From NCBI GenBank assembly GCA_039621445.1, contig CP154954.1, forward strand, positions 14,178,387-14,242,386: DNA of 64,000 nt, in the 5' to 3' direction. The notes beneath the pieces were generated by a model. The model ran no database searches and had not been told where the DNA came from. It was given only the letters and a program-made list of their open reading frames with translations. The translations under genes were made by a program, and so were the position numbers. The DNA comes from Euglena gracilis (lineage: Eukaryota). Within the stretch, counting starts at the first letter, position 1; each line of letters begins with the position of its first letter. This document shows positions 36,200 through 50,533 of this stretch, piece after piece.

Positions 36200-37490
36200 G
36201 GTCTGACCGGCTGACCCGCTGTCCCTGTGCAAAACAACGCTCACTAAATGCCGGCTCCCCCCTGAAAAGAGGAAATACGGGATCAGCAGTTCTGGGAACA
36301 TATTTCTTAGTACACATACACACATATACATACGTACACACACACACACACACATATATATATTATATGTATATAATATGTATATATGTGTATATGTATA
36401 TAAAAATATGAATATACACATATACCCCCCCATTCCCACCAACCGGGGCCAACAACCCCTGACCAGGGTCATATGTACCCCTGACCTGCAACGTGAAGAA
36501 GTGGTCGGTGGACGAGGGGGCAAATGCCGAAGACGTTGGACGGTGGTGAGGTGGACCATCGAGGGGCCATAAAAACAAGGCCCAACCGTCTCCCAACAAG
36601 CACAAGTGAGTCCCCTGCTGCTGGTCGGTGTGTGCTCCCGCTGATGGGTGCGGAGGATGAAGAGCGGTGCCAAAAGAGCTCGGGGTCACAATCTTGGGGG
36701 GGAATTCAATTTAACTGACAGCCCCCCCCCCCGTCGTTGATTCCCGGAGGTGGAAAGGTTGAAGAGTTGGGGAGAAATATTATGTTGTCAAATTAATGCA
36801 AACCAAATGACCCGCAAAAATGGTCATAACTTAACTTCGTAGTTCACTGGGGTTAAAAAAAAATGCCTGGAAGTACCTGAGAAATGCGATGCTGGCACGT
36901 GGAGGTTGCTCCTGGGGAGTTTAGGCGGCGGACTCAACCCGGGCCCCTTTGGTCGCAGCCCGCTTGGCAGCCGGGCCCTTCAGGCAGACTTCGAGGTCGG
37001 CGGGCTGGGGCGGCCGCAGCGCGGTGGCTTTGCTGGCGGTCATCGGCAGGTTTCAAGAACAAGACGCCCTGTGGACAGACCCGGCAAAAATAAGTTCGTG
37101 TGCCAGACAAGTTGTACATGAAAAGTTGTACAAACAACAACAGGTATTTTTGGGCTCGTCGTTATTTATCTAATTTAATAATCTACTTCAAATCTTATTT
37201 AACTCTTCTTAACATGTGCGCACACCATCACAAAATTTTGATATAATTTTTGTTTTGGAGGGCTGGGCTCAGGTTTTTGAGCTGTCTGTGACACACCATC
37301 TCTTTTTTCATTGATGTCCACAAGCGTCCAGCGGTGACAGCTGGGAGAATGGCGCAAACTTTGAAAATTTGAATGTCGCCGAGGTGACATTTGACAGGGA
37401 AATTTGGGTCCGGGCCCAAATGCGGGGGGGGTCCAACCCCCTCCCCTCTGTCAACAACTGGGCCCTCCGCCCCCGGGAAGTCAAAGGCTG

Positions 37491-38276
<786 letters not shown>

Positions 38277-38717
38277 GTACTCACAACCCCTCCCTTTCCT
38301 GGATGGCAACTGCCAGCAGGTGGTTGTCTGGGGGGGTGGACATGTCCACCTCTTTGATTGCATTGAAGGGTTTCTAACATTCAACACATAAAATAGGTAC
38401 AAATAGGCTGTTAGAGAAATCTGCAACTGGTGGTTGATGAGGTGAAGAAGACGCAGGAGAACTGTCACCAGTTACCAGTTGAGTTCATTGGCTGTCTATG
38501 TCTTATACATTGTCTATTACAACACCACCAATGTTCAATCTCTTGACACCACAAAACAGCAAAAATGATGTCGGTGTGTGCGCATATATGGATGATGTGT
38601 GCAGTTGAGCACACTGACCAATTTAAAACCAACCAAGAACCTCAGTGTGTTTGGAGCAGGAAAATGAATGTGATGAAACTGTGGTATTATTTCCCTCGTT
38701 TTCCTCTGGTGCTAGAC

Positions 38718-40373
38718 CAGGGGCAGGGAGATATTCCGGTCAACCGAAAATTTTATTCCGGGGGTTTATTCCAGTTTATTCCGGGTTATTCCGAGTTATT
38801 CCGGGATTTATTCCGGTTTATTCCGGTCAATTTCTGTCTGAATGGACTTAGTATTATTTGAAATACAATTGGGCCGAGGCACTCACCCGGGCTTCAAGAA
38901 TAGAGATGCATTCTTTGGTTGCCCCACCCCGCCAAGTGGTCACTTTGCGGTGATGGTGATGCGGGTTTGCACACCACAGCAGACCCCGGCCTTTCCAGGA
39001 CAAACTATGAAAATTAGTGCTCGGGGTTTTCTCTTGAGGCGGTTGCGATCAGGCTGTTTTTTACCAACCCCGGGGGGGAGGGGGGGGTCTGGAGTGCCTA
39101 TGAGTGCCTGCCCAGGCAGGCACTACCCCCCCCCCCGGGGTCGGATGGCCTGTGCCCAGGCACGTTCCTTTGAAAATAGGCCATTTTTGGCTCTTGTGCT
39201 AGGGCACTTTTGGCCGTGTGCCCTACCCCCCCCCCGGGGGGGTCGGATCGGGAGTGCCTAGGAGTGCCTGCCCAGTCAGGCACCCCCCCCCCCCGCGGGG
39301 TGGGGTTGGCACCCGACTAAAATACAGCCTGATTGCGATTCCCCACTTTTGGAAATGCAAAAAAAAAACGTTCCGCCAAAGCGCAATGTTTTTCACTTTT
39401 GTAATGAAAAAAACTCTTTTCTGCCGTGGTGCAACTGCACAATGGAGTTCCCTCGTTTCATTACCTGGCGCTTTGGGGTTATGCACACTGGGCCTGGGGA
39501 GCCCTGTGCCCGTGCATTGCAGAGATCCAAGTCGTTATTTTCGTCCACAAGCCCTGGGGGTAGGGAGACACTAATTCGGACTGTCTCACACCTCGGTGTT
39601 CGGTAACAGAACCTTTTTGCAAGATTGCGTGTCGGCGCAATTTTACACTTTCAAAACTAAGTGCGCATCAGGCCAGTGTTGCTGTTCACGTGTCCAGGTG
39701 TTCAAACCTGGGATTTGAACCTTTTTCAAAATGGATCACAGGCTTAAAAACACAAAAAGGGCCTGTTTCCTGGGTCAGAATAACCGCAAATGATGTACGT
39801 GCCACCGTGGAGGCCCCCACAGAACCCGAGGGTTAAAAGGGTGGGTTTCACCGCCGGGTTTCAAAAAGAATGCAACGTTGCGCTTAAGCCCAATGCAAAT
39901 ATCAAAACCTTAAGTGCGAGTTAGGCCGCCTAAGAGTGTTATTACTCCTGTTTGAAAGATGATTCACTTTGTCCAATGGTATGCCTGCCCCCAAAGATCG
40001 GCGTTGATGTTGTCCTAGTTTATGTCCCTTTAAAAAGAACTCAGGGACAAACATTCACTAAGCGCAGCTCCAGAAGTGGGGATAAAATCCAAACAAAAAC
40101 ATTCAACTAGGGGTGAAAAACAGGCAAAGTGAAGGTGTGCTCCTGATATCACGTGTCGACTGTGCTACGCTTGCGCTGTTTTGTTGCCCTTGCGATTTTG
40201 AAACCTAAAATATATATTAAACTTCACCTTCATTGCCTTTGTGCCTTGCAGAATTTTCAAGCCATTGGCTGGCACTTTTATTCCGGTTATTCCAGTTTAT
40301 TCCGGTTTATTCCGGTTTTCGCCATTCCGGTTTATTCCGGTTGATTTCGGACTGGAATATCTCCCTGCCCCTG
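38718..40373. mobile_element. MITE with 24-bp TIR, 7-bp TSD GCTAGAC and TTTATTCCGG repeats; contains a nested MITE
   Basis: CAGGGGCAGGGAGATATTCCGGTC/GACTGGAATATCTCCCTGCCCCTG; GCTAGAC at 38711-38717 and 40374-40380. Confidence 0.9.
39050..39331. mobile_element. Nested hAT-like MITE, 8-bp TSD RTTGCGAT
   Basis: CAGGCTGTTTTTTA/TAAAATACAGCCTG; flanks GTTGCGAT and ATTGCGAT. Confidence 0.85.
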
Positions 40374-40442
40374 GCTAGACCCTGTCCCCACGAACATTGC
40401 TGGCAGCTTCGGGTGATTGATGTGCGCAATATATATATATAC

Positions 40443-40488
<46 letters not shown>

Positions 40489-40490
40489 AC

Positions 40491-40522
<32 letters not shown>

Positions 40523-40546
40523 ATATAATATATATATATATATATG

Positions 40547-40577
<31 letters not shown>

Positions 40578-40914
40578 TTGCACTTTACTCTGTCAGGACA
40601 CACAAAAAAGCACAATACTTTCAAAAAAATGAATGAACACCGAAAAAAACGCCACACCAAAAAAAAACGTGATGTGAATTTGTAAAATATCGTGGCTGGT
40701 TTGCCCAATTGCGTCCACTTATGCGTCACTAGGCAAATTACTGTTAATATGCAATTGTGTATTATGATGCAAAAAAATGCAAAAATTTAAGATTTTGGAT
40801 TATGCAAAAAAATGCAAATTATTCAACTTGCATATACCCCCTGAATCATGGCGAGGCTGAGAGCTGTAAAGAGATACACTCCCCTCTTGTCAAAATTGAA
40901 GTGTTTTATTCGCA

Positions 40915-43900
40915 CCCCCACCCGGCGCTTTGCCCGGGCACAAATGAAGGGAAGGCCGGGGGATGAATGTTGAGAATTTTGCACACAAAAAGCCAAAATG
41001 TTAAAATACGGTGTGAAAAGCACAACTTATAGCCGAGGGTCCAATTTTGGGGCAAGCATGCATGTACGGAGGAGGGGGGGGGGAGTGGGGGGGGTTGTTC
41101 AGTGGAGAGGCACGCTCCCCAAAACTAGCAAGGTAAACAGCCCCGTTCAAAACATGGCAATATTTTGGGAAATGCGTCCCTGACACAGGCAACCTTTTGG
41201 AAAAACAAATATAAATGACTGGTTGTTTATATTTCAGGGCTTAAAATCTCTTAAAATGCCTCATAATGCCTTAAATTTTTGGACTGGCAGAATTCTCTCC
41301 GACCAAACAAAAATCCAACCACAAAATCTCCCTAAAAACGAGCCACTTAGGCGGCCGAATTCGCACTTAAGGGTTTTTTCTTTGAAATCCGCACATTTGC
41401 GGAAATTTACAAATTCTGCGAAAAATCTGGAACCCTGTAACCTGACTCACAGAGTACGGCTTATGAACAGTTGCGACCCTATGTTGAAGGGTTGCAAACT
41501 CCGGGTGGTTTTGTATGCAAGTTACTTGCCGAGTGACGCAAAGAGGGCGGAGGGTGAGACTGGTGTTCTTGTATGCCAAACAGGTGAGAAGCACACACCC
41601 GATGTTATGACAATTGGCACTGGTGCTGATGTGCTGACTGAAATGGCTTGGGTACTACAGCCGCTTGTAAAGACACAAGGAGCCTTATTACATCACGTAC
41701 TACAGACTACGTCAGCCCAGCTGTCACGCAAGTGATGTGTGTTTGTGGGCGCATTTGCGCGCACACAGCACAAAACGTTCACGTTGAAATGACATGTTTG
41801 TGGACGCAAATGAGGCAGCAAACAAATTTTGTTTGTGTGCGCAAATGCGCGCACCAACATCTTGGGGAAACTGGCATGTGGATGGTTTATGCATGGGTGG
41901 AAACAAATAGCATGTCCATGGAAAAGCACACTGATGAGGACCATGACACTCATCGGTTGTGCGATACCATCTCCTCGTCGGTGACGGCTGGCGAACGCAA
42001 TTCGGCACGCCAACCCTTGAATTGCATCACTTTTACGTGGTGATGAATTTTGTGGTGAGAGGTGGTGTGTAATGTTCACTTGAACACGGCATCTGACGGG
42101 CGAAAATTTGCCTGCCTTACGTGTGAACATTTGCACTGCTTCCCCGCACAGTCGGTTGTTTTGGCGTCATCTGTTTGGCAGATAAGCGTAACAAATTTGT
42201 GACGTGCAAACGACCTGTTTCTGTCAGACGCTTTTTCTGTAATAGTACTGAATTGCAAGAATTCAAAATTTGGTACTTGAAATTCCCGGGACGGGTTGGG
42301 CAGGCATCAATTTCCGGTATTCTCCACCACTCCTCGTTTTTTCTCCTGTAAAACACAAAACACACCAGTTTCTGTGCATGATTTGTGCTGGGAAAATCCC
42401 ACCGATCTCATGCAATCTCATGCAACCAATCGAGTGGTAAAGGTTGAACTTCAACCCCAAAGACGAGCTTTCAGGGACGTTTTCCAGCTCAGTTGCATAC
42501 TGGCACCCATCGCCCCGTCTCACACCAGTTGTGGGGCAACGTGCCGGTGGGCGTGCGCCGTTATCTTCAGATCCTCTATCTCAACCTTTCCTGGGACCTG
42601 TGAGTAGAGTAGAAATGGCCCCCAAAATACAAGGAGTTGGAGGAGACGGCGCGGTCGTCGAGGTTGAACACCTTCAGAAGCCAGAGACGGTGGGTTATTG
42701 CAGGGCCAAGTTTTTTATTCCTACATAGGTGGTTCGTTTGCTCTAAAGCGCGTGTCACGTCGTTGGTGTGCGCAAATGCGCAGATGAACCACCTTTGAAA
42801 TTCTGGAAGTTCTGTATGAGGTTCATTTGCGCATTCGTGCCCCCCAACAGCACGATGCGTGCTTTAGTGCACCTGAACCATGATACTGTCGTTTGTTTTG
42901 TCATACCATTTCGACCATTCAGAACAACTTCTGTTGGTGCGTGCATTTGCGCGCACAGACCGATGTTTTGTTTGTGCATGGTTTAGCGCCAATGAACTGA
43001 CACTGTTGACAAACAGTGTGACAATTGTTCCCGCCAGCTTGATCATACCACACCCACACACCCCCGCACCTCCTCCCCGGCGCTTTAACAAACAACCCAA
43101 ACACACCTCACTGAACTGACCTGACTTCATGAACTGACACTGTCGATAAACGGCGTGACAAACGGGCTGTGACGGCGCGGACCAGCCACTATCCAGAAAC
43201 ATAATTTGGTGGGTTTACTGGGTGTTTGGCAAGGGATGCTCAGAGGGGAAGAAATGGGGTCCGCAGGGATGAAAAGGACGGGTGTCTCCCACCCAACTTA
43301 TACCCAGGATCTGCACAACCAGTTTGATTGCAAAGAACCCGGAAGAAGAAGCCCAACCAGGGTTCGATATAAAGACAGGTGGGGGGGGTGGTCCGGACCC
43401 CCCCTGCGGGCCAGGAGGGGGGGGGTGGGGGGGACCCCCCCCACCTAAACAGTGGCGCGGTCCGGGTGACCGAAAATTTTTGACCCCCCAAAACGACCAA
43501 AAGTGCCATTTTGGGCACTGTTTGGGCAAAAAATGTGCCAAAAATGCAAAAAAAATCGGTTACCAGTAGAGTTCAGTGAATGTTACTATTCCACTAATAT
43601 CCAAACTCTGTGACACCCACACCACAATAAAAATGGCGTCAATGTCCGCAACTGCATACATGGACGATACTCGCATTTGTGCCCCAACCACTTTAAAACG
43701 AACCAAGAGCCTTAATGTTTGGAGCTGGAAAATAAATGTGATGAAACTGTGGTATTGTTTCACTTGTTTTCTTATAACCCTGTCCACACAAACATTGCTG
43801 GTGTCTTTGGGTGATTAATGTGTGCAAATGCTGCAAATAAACCATCACCATATGCAAACACAATGTGTTATTTAGAAAATTATTTGCACTTTTCTGTGCC

Positions 43901-44486
43901 AGGAATTAAAAAAAAACGTACACAATACAACCTTTTTTTAACATAACATGAACACTACATAATCCTTTTTTCCCAAAAAAAAACAACAACAAATAAACAG
44001 CGAAAATGCTTCACCTAAAGAAAACCTGAACGGAATTTGCAAAGTGCATGATTGGTTTTGCACAAATTGCATATTTTAGGATGCAATTACTGCTGATATG
44101 GAATTGGTCGAAAACTATGTTTTATGCAACTTCATTTTGGCGAGTTCCCCCAAAAAAGTCGAAAAATAAAAATACGCAAGACAATCCAAAGATGTTTTCC
44201 AAGGGACAGACATGCCCTTTTCTCCTCTTCTAAGATACAATGTGCCATTGCTTGCCCGTGCCAGGAACAATGCACACAAAACATTGACGTGTTTTGAACA
44301 GGGGGCGTGTTTCGCTTGCTAGTTCAGGGCAGGGTGACTCTCCTCTGAAACCCCCCCCCAGCGCTTCGCCGTTTGGCTTGTTTTGCTCATGGCCCAAAAA
44401 AACCGTTAACCAGCAAAATTGTCCGCTTAAGATTCATTCCCCGGCCTTCCCTTCATCTGTGCTGGGGCAAAGCGCCGGGTGGGGGT
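40915..44486. repeat. Pair of diverged inverted blocks of about 280 bp (40915-41195 and ~44250-44486) from a dispersed family also seen at 59187-59500
   Basis: CCCACCCGGCGCTTTGCCCGGGCACAAATGAAGGGAAGGCCGGGG versus its near reverse complement at 44438-44485. Confidence 0.7.
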
Positions 44487-44639
44487 TATGTGAAAAAAGC
44501 ACTGCAATTTTGACTAGGCGGAATGCATCTCTTTACACTGCGCTCTCAGCCTGGCCATGGTTCTGATGTGCAAGTTGAATTATTTACATTTTTTTGCACA
44601 ACCCAAAACTCTAAAATTGCTAAATCCCCCGAAACACCA

Positions 44640-45860
44640 GTCCCACATTTGTGTTTCCGAAAAAGGGCTTAAATTGATCAAAATTCGGGGGTTGCTCAAA
44701 TTTGGAATGCTTTTTTCAGTCGCTCCAATGCAATTTTCATAAAATTTATCTTCATGGCATCTGGTTAGGGGTTGTTTCTATTTGAAGGTTGCTTGCATTT
44801 AGGTTTCAGGCCAAATTATTGAAAGGGTTGCGGAAATTTAAAAGATACTCACGAAGGGGTTGCTTTCATTTGGTGGATTCTTTTTTCAAATTGAAAAAAT
44901 TCACTTTTTTCCCTTGGGAAAAACGAGGGCATGCAAATGCATGTCCACCCTCCCCTCCATTTCCTCTTTCAACAAAAAATACTGGACAACACACACACCC
45001 TTTCGCCATGGGTCGTTAGTGAGGTGTATTCTGGGGGACCAACACAAAACCCAGGGGACTTGCTGTGGCGTTTCCTGTCTGACTCCGTCTGGCCCCATCT
45101 GGCTGGCCCAGTTCACCCCCAGCACCTTCCTCCTGGCCAGGCATTATCACTTTTAAGGCACCTTAAAAAACCTAAAAATGCGTTAAAATATACCAGAAAG
45201 TTTTTGCCAAAACGCCTTAAAATGCCTTAAAATTTTGGACTGGCAGAATTTTCTCCGACCGAACAAATAGCAAGGCGCAAAATCTCGCCAAAAATGAGCG
45301 AACCCCAGTAAGAAAAATGATTTCTGGCATCGCTGAAACATTATTTGTCGAACCAAAACTCAAAAAAAATGTGTTCCTCAGACTTTTTGATTTTGGAGAA
45401 CATTCAAAATCAAAAACGTTGGTTGGATAGCCCGTAGACCATCCTGGAAAATAGCGCCTTAAAAGCCTTAAAATGACCTAAAATGTCTTAAAAAAGCCTT
45501 AAAAAGCCGTAAAAATTTCGGGAAAAAATGCATTAAAATGATGAAATTGGCAAAGAGCAAAAGACAGAGACATGTGAACGGTTCTCGATGGCTTTCTACA
45601 TAGGGTCAGTCCAGGGGTGGAAATATCTCATTGCCACCCAAGAGTGTGCGACTCGCGGCGGCTAAGCGCGTGTGGAAGGCCCGGTGCACTGGCGGTGCAG
45701 TCAGCGCTGCCGTGCAGACCGGAGGAGGGGAGCGTCCCAGCCAAGTGGCAGAGGCACGACGGCGGGAGGGAGAGACCGCCAGGGTGGGCCGGCAGCGCCG
45801 GCGGAGAACGGGACACAAAAAATACGAGCCGCGAGTTTCACCATTTTTATTGGGAAAAAA
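44640..45860. repeat. Dispersed repeat, diverged direct copy of about 59600-60620
   Basis: Shared segments include CCAATGCAATTTTCAT..TTATCTTCAT, TTTGGACTGGCAG, TTTCTGGCATCGCTG and GTGCAGACCGGAGG. Confidence 0.75.
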
Positions 45861-47929
45861 AAACAAAAACGTTTCGCCCCGTCAATTTTCACAGATCCCT
45901 GTGGCCGTGGACTGGTGGAGCGTACTTGGAAACCCGAGGGGGAGACTGGGCGACCCGAGGGGGGATCCGAACCCACTCCCTGAGTCCACATCAAATCACA
46001 TTTTGCCTGAGTTGGAAATGCAAAAGTCGCACGTCCGTCGATTGGGGGTGGATATTTGTGGATCAGGAATTTTACAAATGATCCACAATACATTTAGCTG
46101 TAGAAAAAAAATAAGCTAGAAACGAGATGCAAAAAGCAATTCGGAAATTATACAGAAAATCGGTTCCAGACTAAACGATTGGGCCACCTAAAAGAAAGGT
46201 GCTGTTGCAAAATTGTCAAGAAACAGAACGTTTGTATTATTGGGAACATAAGGATTTGAAAACTACGATTCTGGCAAAAAAGGTCTCAGCTGAAAATTGA
46301 AAATTGGACCCAATATCAGAAAATTGAATCAGTTTCCAAGTAAATCTCTCAAAATCAACACACGCACATACAACAAAACCTTGCAAAAATAAAACAACCT
46401 ACACACAAAAAAAAAAGAGTTTGAGGAACAGCGTCTTATAACCGCAAATAATACACCACACTAAATTGTCCCAACCATAAGCCTGATGGGGGGGGCTCTG
46501 TGGTCTAATGGGGAAAAAATAACAATGGACACCTTCATCATTCAAGAATCCTGAATTGTCAAAAAGAAAGTGCGAGGCGAACATCCTGATATCCGGGGTT
46601 CAGACAGGGAGGCCAACTCCACGACGACATACCGACGCTGGTACTCAGCTTCCATTGGCCCCTTTCTGGAAAATGGCATCCCCACGCCTGGGTAACCGGC
46701 GGCGTGTCCCACCCTGGGAATGGAGGCGACCGAGGCAGAATACAGTGTGCCGGGGCGAGTGAGGGGCTGGTACAGTGCCCGGGGCACATGACTGGGAGGC
46801 AAATGACGACGTGGACGCCATGACGGCAATTTTCCGACGAAGGGGGAGGAGACAAGCAGACACCCCCATTTCCTTTGGGGCATTTCTGATCGACTGAGGA
46901 GGGAAACAGCAAAAAAAATTAAATACGTAAAGAATTCGTTAATCTGGGGCTTTTGTCCTTTGCCAGCCCCAGATCTGCAAGCTTGAAAAAAGCAGAAAAA
47001 ATAAAACAGCGTAAAAATATTTGAAGATATGCTTCAGATACTTTTTCAAAAAAACCAGGTCACCCCTCCAAGCACTGCCCCCTTCGCCAGGGGAGGGGGA
47101 TGTCACAGGAGTAGAGAGCGGCACACCCGACACGGAAAATGCCAGGGGGGAAAAATGCCATCTCTATGGGAACTCCTTTGTGTTTCTGCTCTGGCAGGCA
47201 ACATGGCCGAAGGCACGTTCCCACGTTGTGGGGAGTACACGTCCCCGTGGGATTGAAAGGCCTCCATGGCGGCTCTGATTGAATTTCCGAGATTTGCTTT
47301 ACATCGCTTGCAATTTTTATCCCATGGTCAGGGGGAAATGCCTGGTTCAGACAGCACTGACCGCTTCCCGGTTATTGGAACAAGAACAAAATAACCTTCG
47401 CCATTCTCCCAAACAAAATCAGTGGAATCGTGGAAATTCGCCTGTGAAGCGTCCCACAAACGGCTCCCTCCAGTACATTTGATGGTTCAGCGAGGTCAAA
47501 CCAGCACCACTGGTGCACACAAAGCGGTCAGGGTTAGGGGGGGGGGAAGGAGGTCCGACATAGCCCGGAGGCAACCCCGTGGCAGGCTGGGAAGGAGAGT
47601 CATTCAACCAGTGGCACACTTCAGATTGCAAGAGGTGTGCCCCCCAGGCATACAAGAACTGAATAGGTGCAGGGCATTTCAATGCTGAAATGCTGAGAGG
47701 TAGGCTGGACTAGGGTTTTTTTTTAAGACCGGGGGGGAGGGGGGGGAGGGGGTCGGCACCCACCCACCGACTGGGGGGGAGGGGGGGGGTCCGGGGGACC
47801 CACCCACTTTTGCCCGAAAATGCTAAAAATAGCACCTTTTTCAAAATTTTCGGCGCCTTCGGCGCCAAAAAAGATATACCCACCAGCCCCTACCCCCACC
47901 GCCCCGGGGGGGGGGGGGGGAGGGGGGTA

Positions 47930-50533
47930 CCAGGTTTTGAATAGTGCTGAGCTCTTGATAAGCGCGCCCCCACCACCGACGGTCCGGCCCGGCCCGGCCC
48001 GGCCGGCGGCCCGGCGGCCCGGCCCGGAACCCGGACGGCCGGCGGCCCGGCCCCTGAGCCCGCCCGGCGGCCCGGACGCGGCCCGGGCCCGGACCGGCCG
48101 GCCGGCCCGGCGGCCCGGCCGGCCCGGTACCGGCCGAATCGTTCTCGGGCCAAAGCCGGCCCGGACCGGCCGGCGGGCCCAGGCGGCCCGGCCCGGACCG
48201 GCCCGGCGGCCCGGCGGCCCGGACCGGCCCGGCCCGGCCCGGCCAGCGGCGGGCCGGCGCCCGCGGGCCGGCCGGCGGCCCGGCGTCCCCCCAGCCAATC
48301 GTTTCGGGCGGCCCAAAATTTTTTTTCGATTTTTTTCGACTTTTTTGACCTGGGTTTGACCCAAAGTCAATGGGTCGGCGGCCCAAAACGGGGCGCTGGC
48401 GGGTCGAAAAACGCTCATTTTCGGCTCAAAAACAGTTTTTCCGGGTCCGGGAGGCCAAAAAACATCGTTTTCGGCAAAATTTTTTTTCGATTTTTTCCGA
48501 CCCGTTGACATTGGTTACATTGGTCATGATGGTTATCATTGGTTGACCCATGATGGCCATCATGACCACTGATGGCCATCATGGCCCATGATGGCCATCA
48601 TGGCCCATGATGGCCATCATGGGTCGTGATGGCCATCATTGGTCGTGATGGGCATCATGGGTCATGATGGCCATCATTGGTCGTGATGGTCATCATTGGT
48701 CATGATGGGCATCATGGGTCCTGATGGCCATCATGGGTCCTGATGGCCATCATTGGTCCTGATGGCCATCATTGGTCCTGATGGCCATCATTGGTCCTGA
48801 TGGCCATCATTGGTCCTGATGGCCATCATTGGTCCTGATGGCCATCATTGGTCATGATGGGCATCATTGGTCCTGATGGCCATCATTGGTCCTGATGGCC
48901 ATCATTGGTCCTGATGGCCATCATTGGTCCTGATGGCCATCATTGGTCCTGATGGCCATCATTGGTCATGATGGGCCTCAGGGGTCATGATGGCCATCAT
49001 TGGTCATGATGGCCATCATTGGTCATGATGGCCATCATTGGTCCTGATGGCCATCATTGGTCCTGATGGCCATCATTGGTCCTGATGGCCATCATTGGTC
49101 ATGATGGGCCTCAGGGGTCATGATGGCCATCATTGGTCATGATGGCCATCATTGGTCATGATGGCCATCATTGGTCATGATGGCCATCATGTGTCATGAT
49201 GGCCATCATTGGTCATGATGGGCATCATGGGTTATGATGGCCATCATTGGTCCTGATGGCCATCATTGGTCATGATGGCCATCATTGCCCATGATGGTCA
49301 TCATGGGTCATCATGCACATTATGACCCATATCATGCACATTATGACACGGGCCATGATGGCCATTATGGTCGAAAAACGCCCATTTTCGGCTCGAAAAC
49401 CCCTTTTCCGGGTCCAGGAGGCCAAAAAACATCGTTTCGGGCAAAAAAAATTTTTTCGATTTTTTTCGACTTTTTTGACCCGGTTTTGGCCCGAAGTCAA
49501 TGGGTTGGCGGCCCAGAACGGGGCGCTGGCGGGTCGAAAAACGCTCATTTTCGGCTCACAGTTTTTCCGGGTCCGGGAGGCCAAAAAACGTCGTTTTGGG
49601 CAAAAAAATGTTTTTCGATTTTTTTCGACTTTTTTGACCCGGTTTTGGCCCGAAGTCAATGGGTTGGCGGCCCAGAACGGGGTGCTGGCGGGTCGAAAAA
49701 CGCTCATTTTCGGCTCAAAAACAGTTTTTCCAGGTCCGGGAGGCCAAAAAACATCGTTTTGGGCAAAAAAAATTTTTCGATTTTTTTCGATTTTTTTGGC
49801 CGAAAATGGCTAAATCGAACAGTGGAAAACGTGTACAAAATGGCCAAAATTGGCCGAAAAACGGCCGTATCTCGGGCTAGGCGGTGAGCTGCGATGAAAC
49901 CAAAATCACAGTAGATAGAGCGTTCCAAGGGCTTCAAATTAGGTCTCTGGACATTTCCTTTGATTTTGCATCATTTTCGAGAAATTTTGAAAACATCGAT
50001 TTTTTGACCCCCCACCCCCCGAAAACGGCTAAGTCGAACAGAGGGAAAAGTGTACAAAACGGCCAGCTGCGCCGAAAACGGCCGTATCTCGGGCTAGGCG
50101 GGGCGTTGCGGGGAAATCAAAATACCCGTAGATGGGGCGTTCCAAGGGCTTCAATTTAGGTCTCCGGACATTTCCTTTGATTTTGCTTCATTTTGGAGAT
50201 ATTTTGAAAATTGACATTTTTTGGCCGTCCAAAGGGGGGGGGGGGCTTATCCAGGGGGGGTTGGCGAATCCTACCCAGTTTGGACCCCTTCGCGCGTGAA
50301 TAACTCGGGCCTGGCGGGGAGTTGGGGGTCAAACCCAGGTGATTCGGAAACTAGGAATCCAGTCGCTCGTGACTGAAAAATTTTTTTTCGGGAACGGGGC
50401 CGGGATCATGGTGATAATCCGCCGGTTCCCGAGGTGGCCCCGAGGGGGGGGGGGAGGGGGGGGGGTTCGGGGGGGGGTTTTCCCCCAGTGGTAAGCTTCG
50501 CTCTTACCCATAAAGGGATAAGAGCTCAGCGAC
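47930..50533 (+). mobile_element. Family X element, about 2.6 kb
   Basis: Ends CCAGGTTTTGAATAGTGCTGAGCTCTT ... GGGATAAGAGCTCAGCGAC, shared with 7580-10221. Partial copies at about 5500-5762 and 10878-10904. Confidence 0.75.
48510..49370. repeat. 19-bp quasi-palindromic minisatellite (ATGGCCATCATTGGTCMTG)n
   Basis: Direct reading; the same unit occurs at 9267-9425 and 9700-9880. Confidence 0.92.

Noticed and set aside
35168-36673. 501-aa ORF, the longest in the track
   Set aside because: It runs through microsatellites, poly-G tracts and two MITEs; not a real continuous CDS.
47980-48295. Extremely GC-rich block resembling an exon
   Set aside because: GGCCC/GGCCG simple repeat inside family X; a similar block is at 10680-10775.
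48510-49370. CRISPR-like appearance of palindromic repeats
   Set aside because: Head-to-tail minisatellite with no unique spacers and no cas genes; eukaryotic context.
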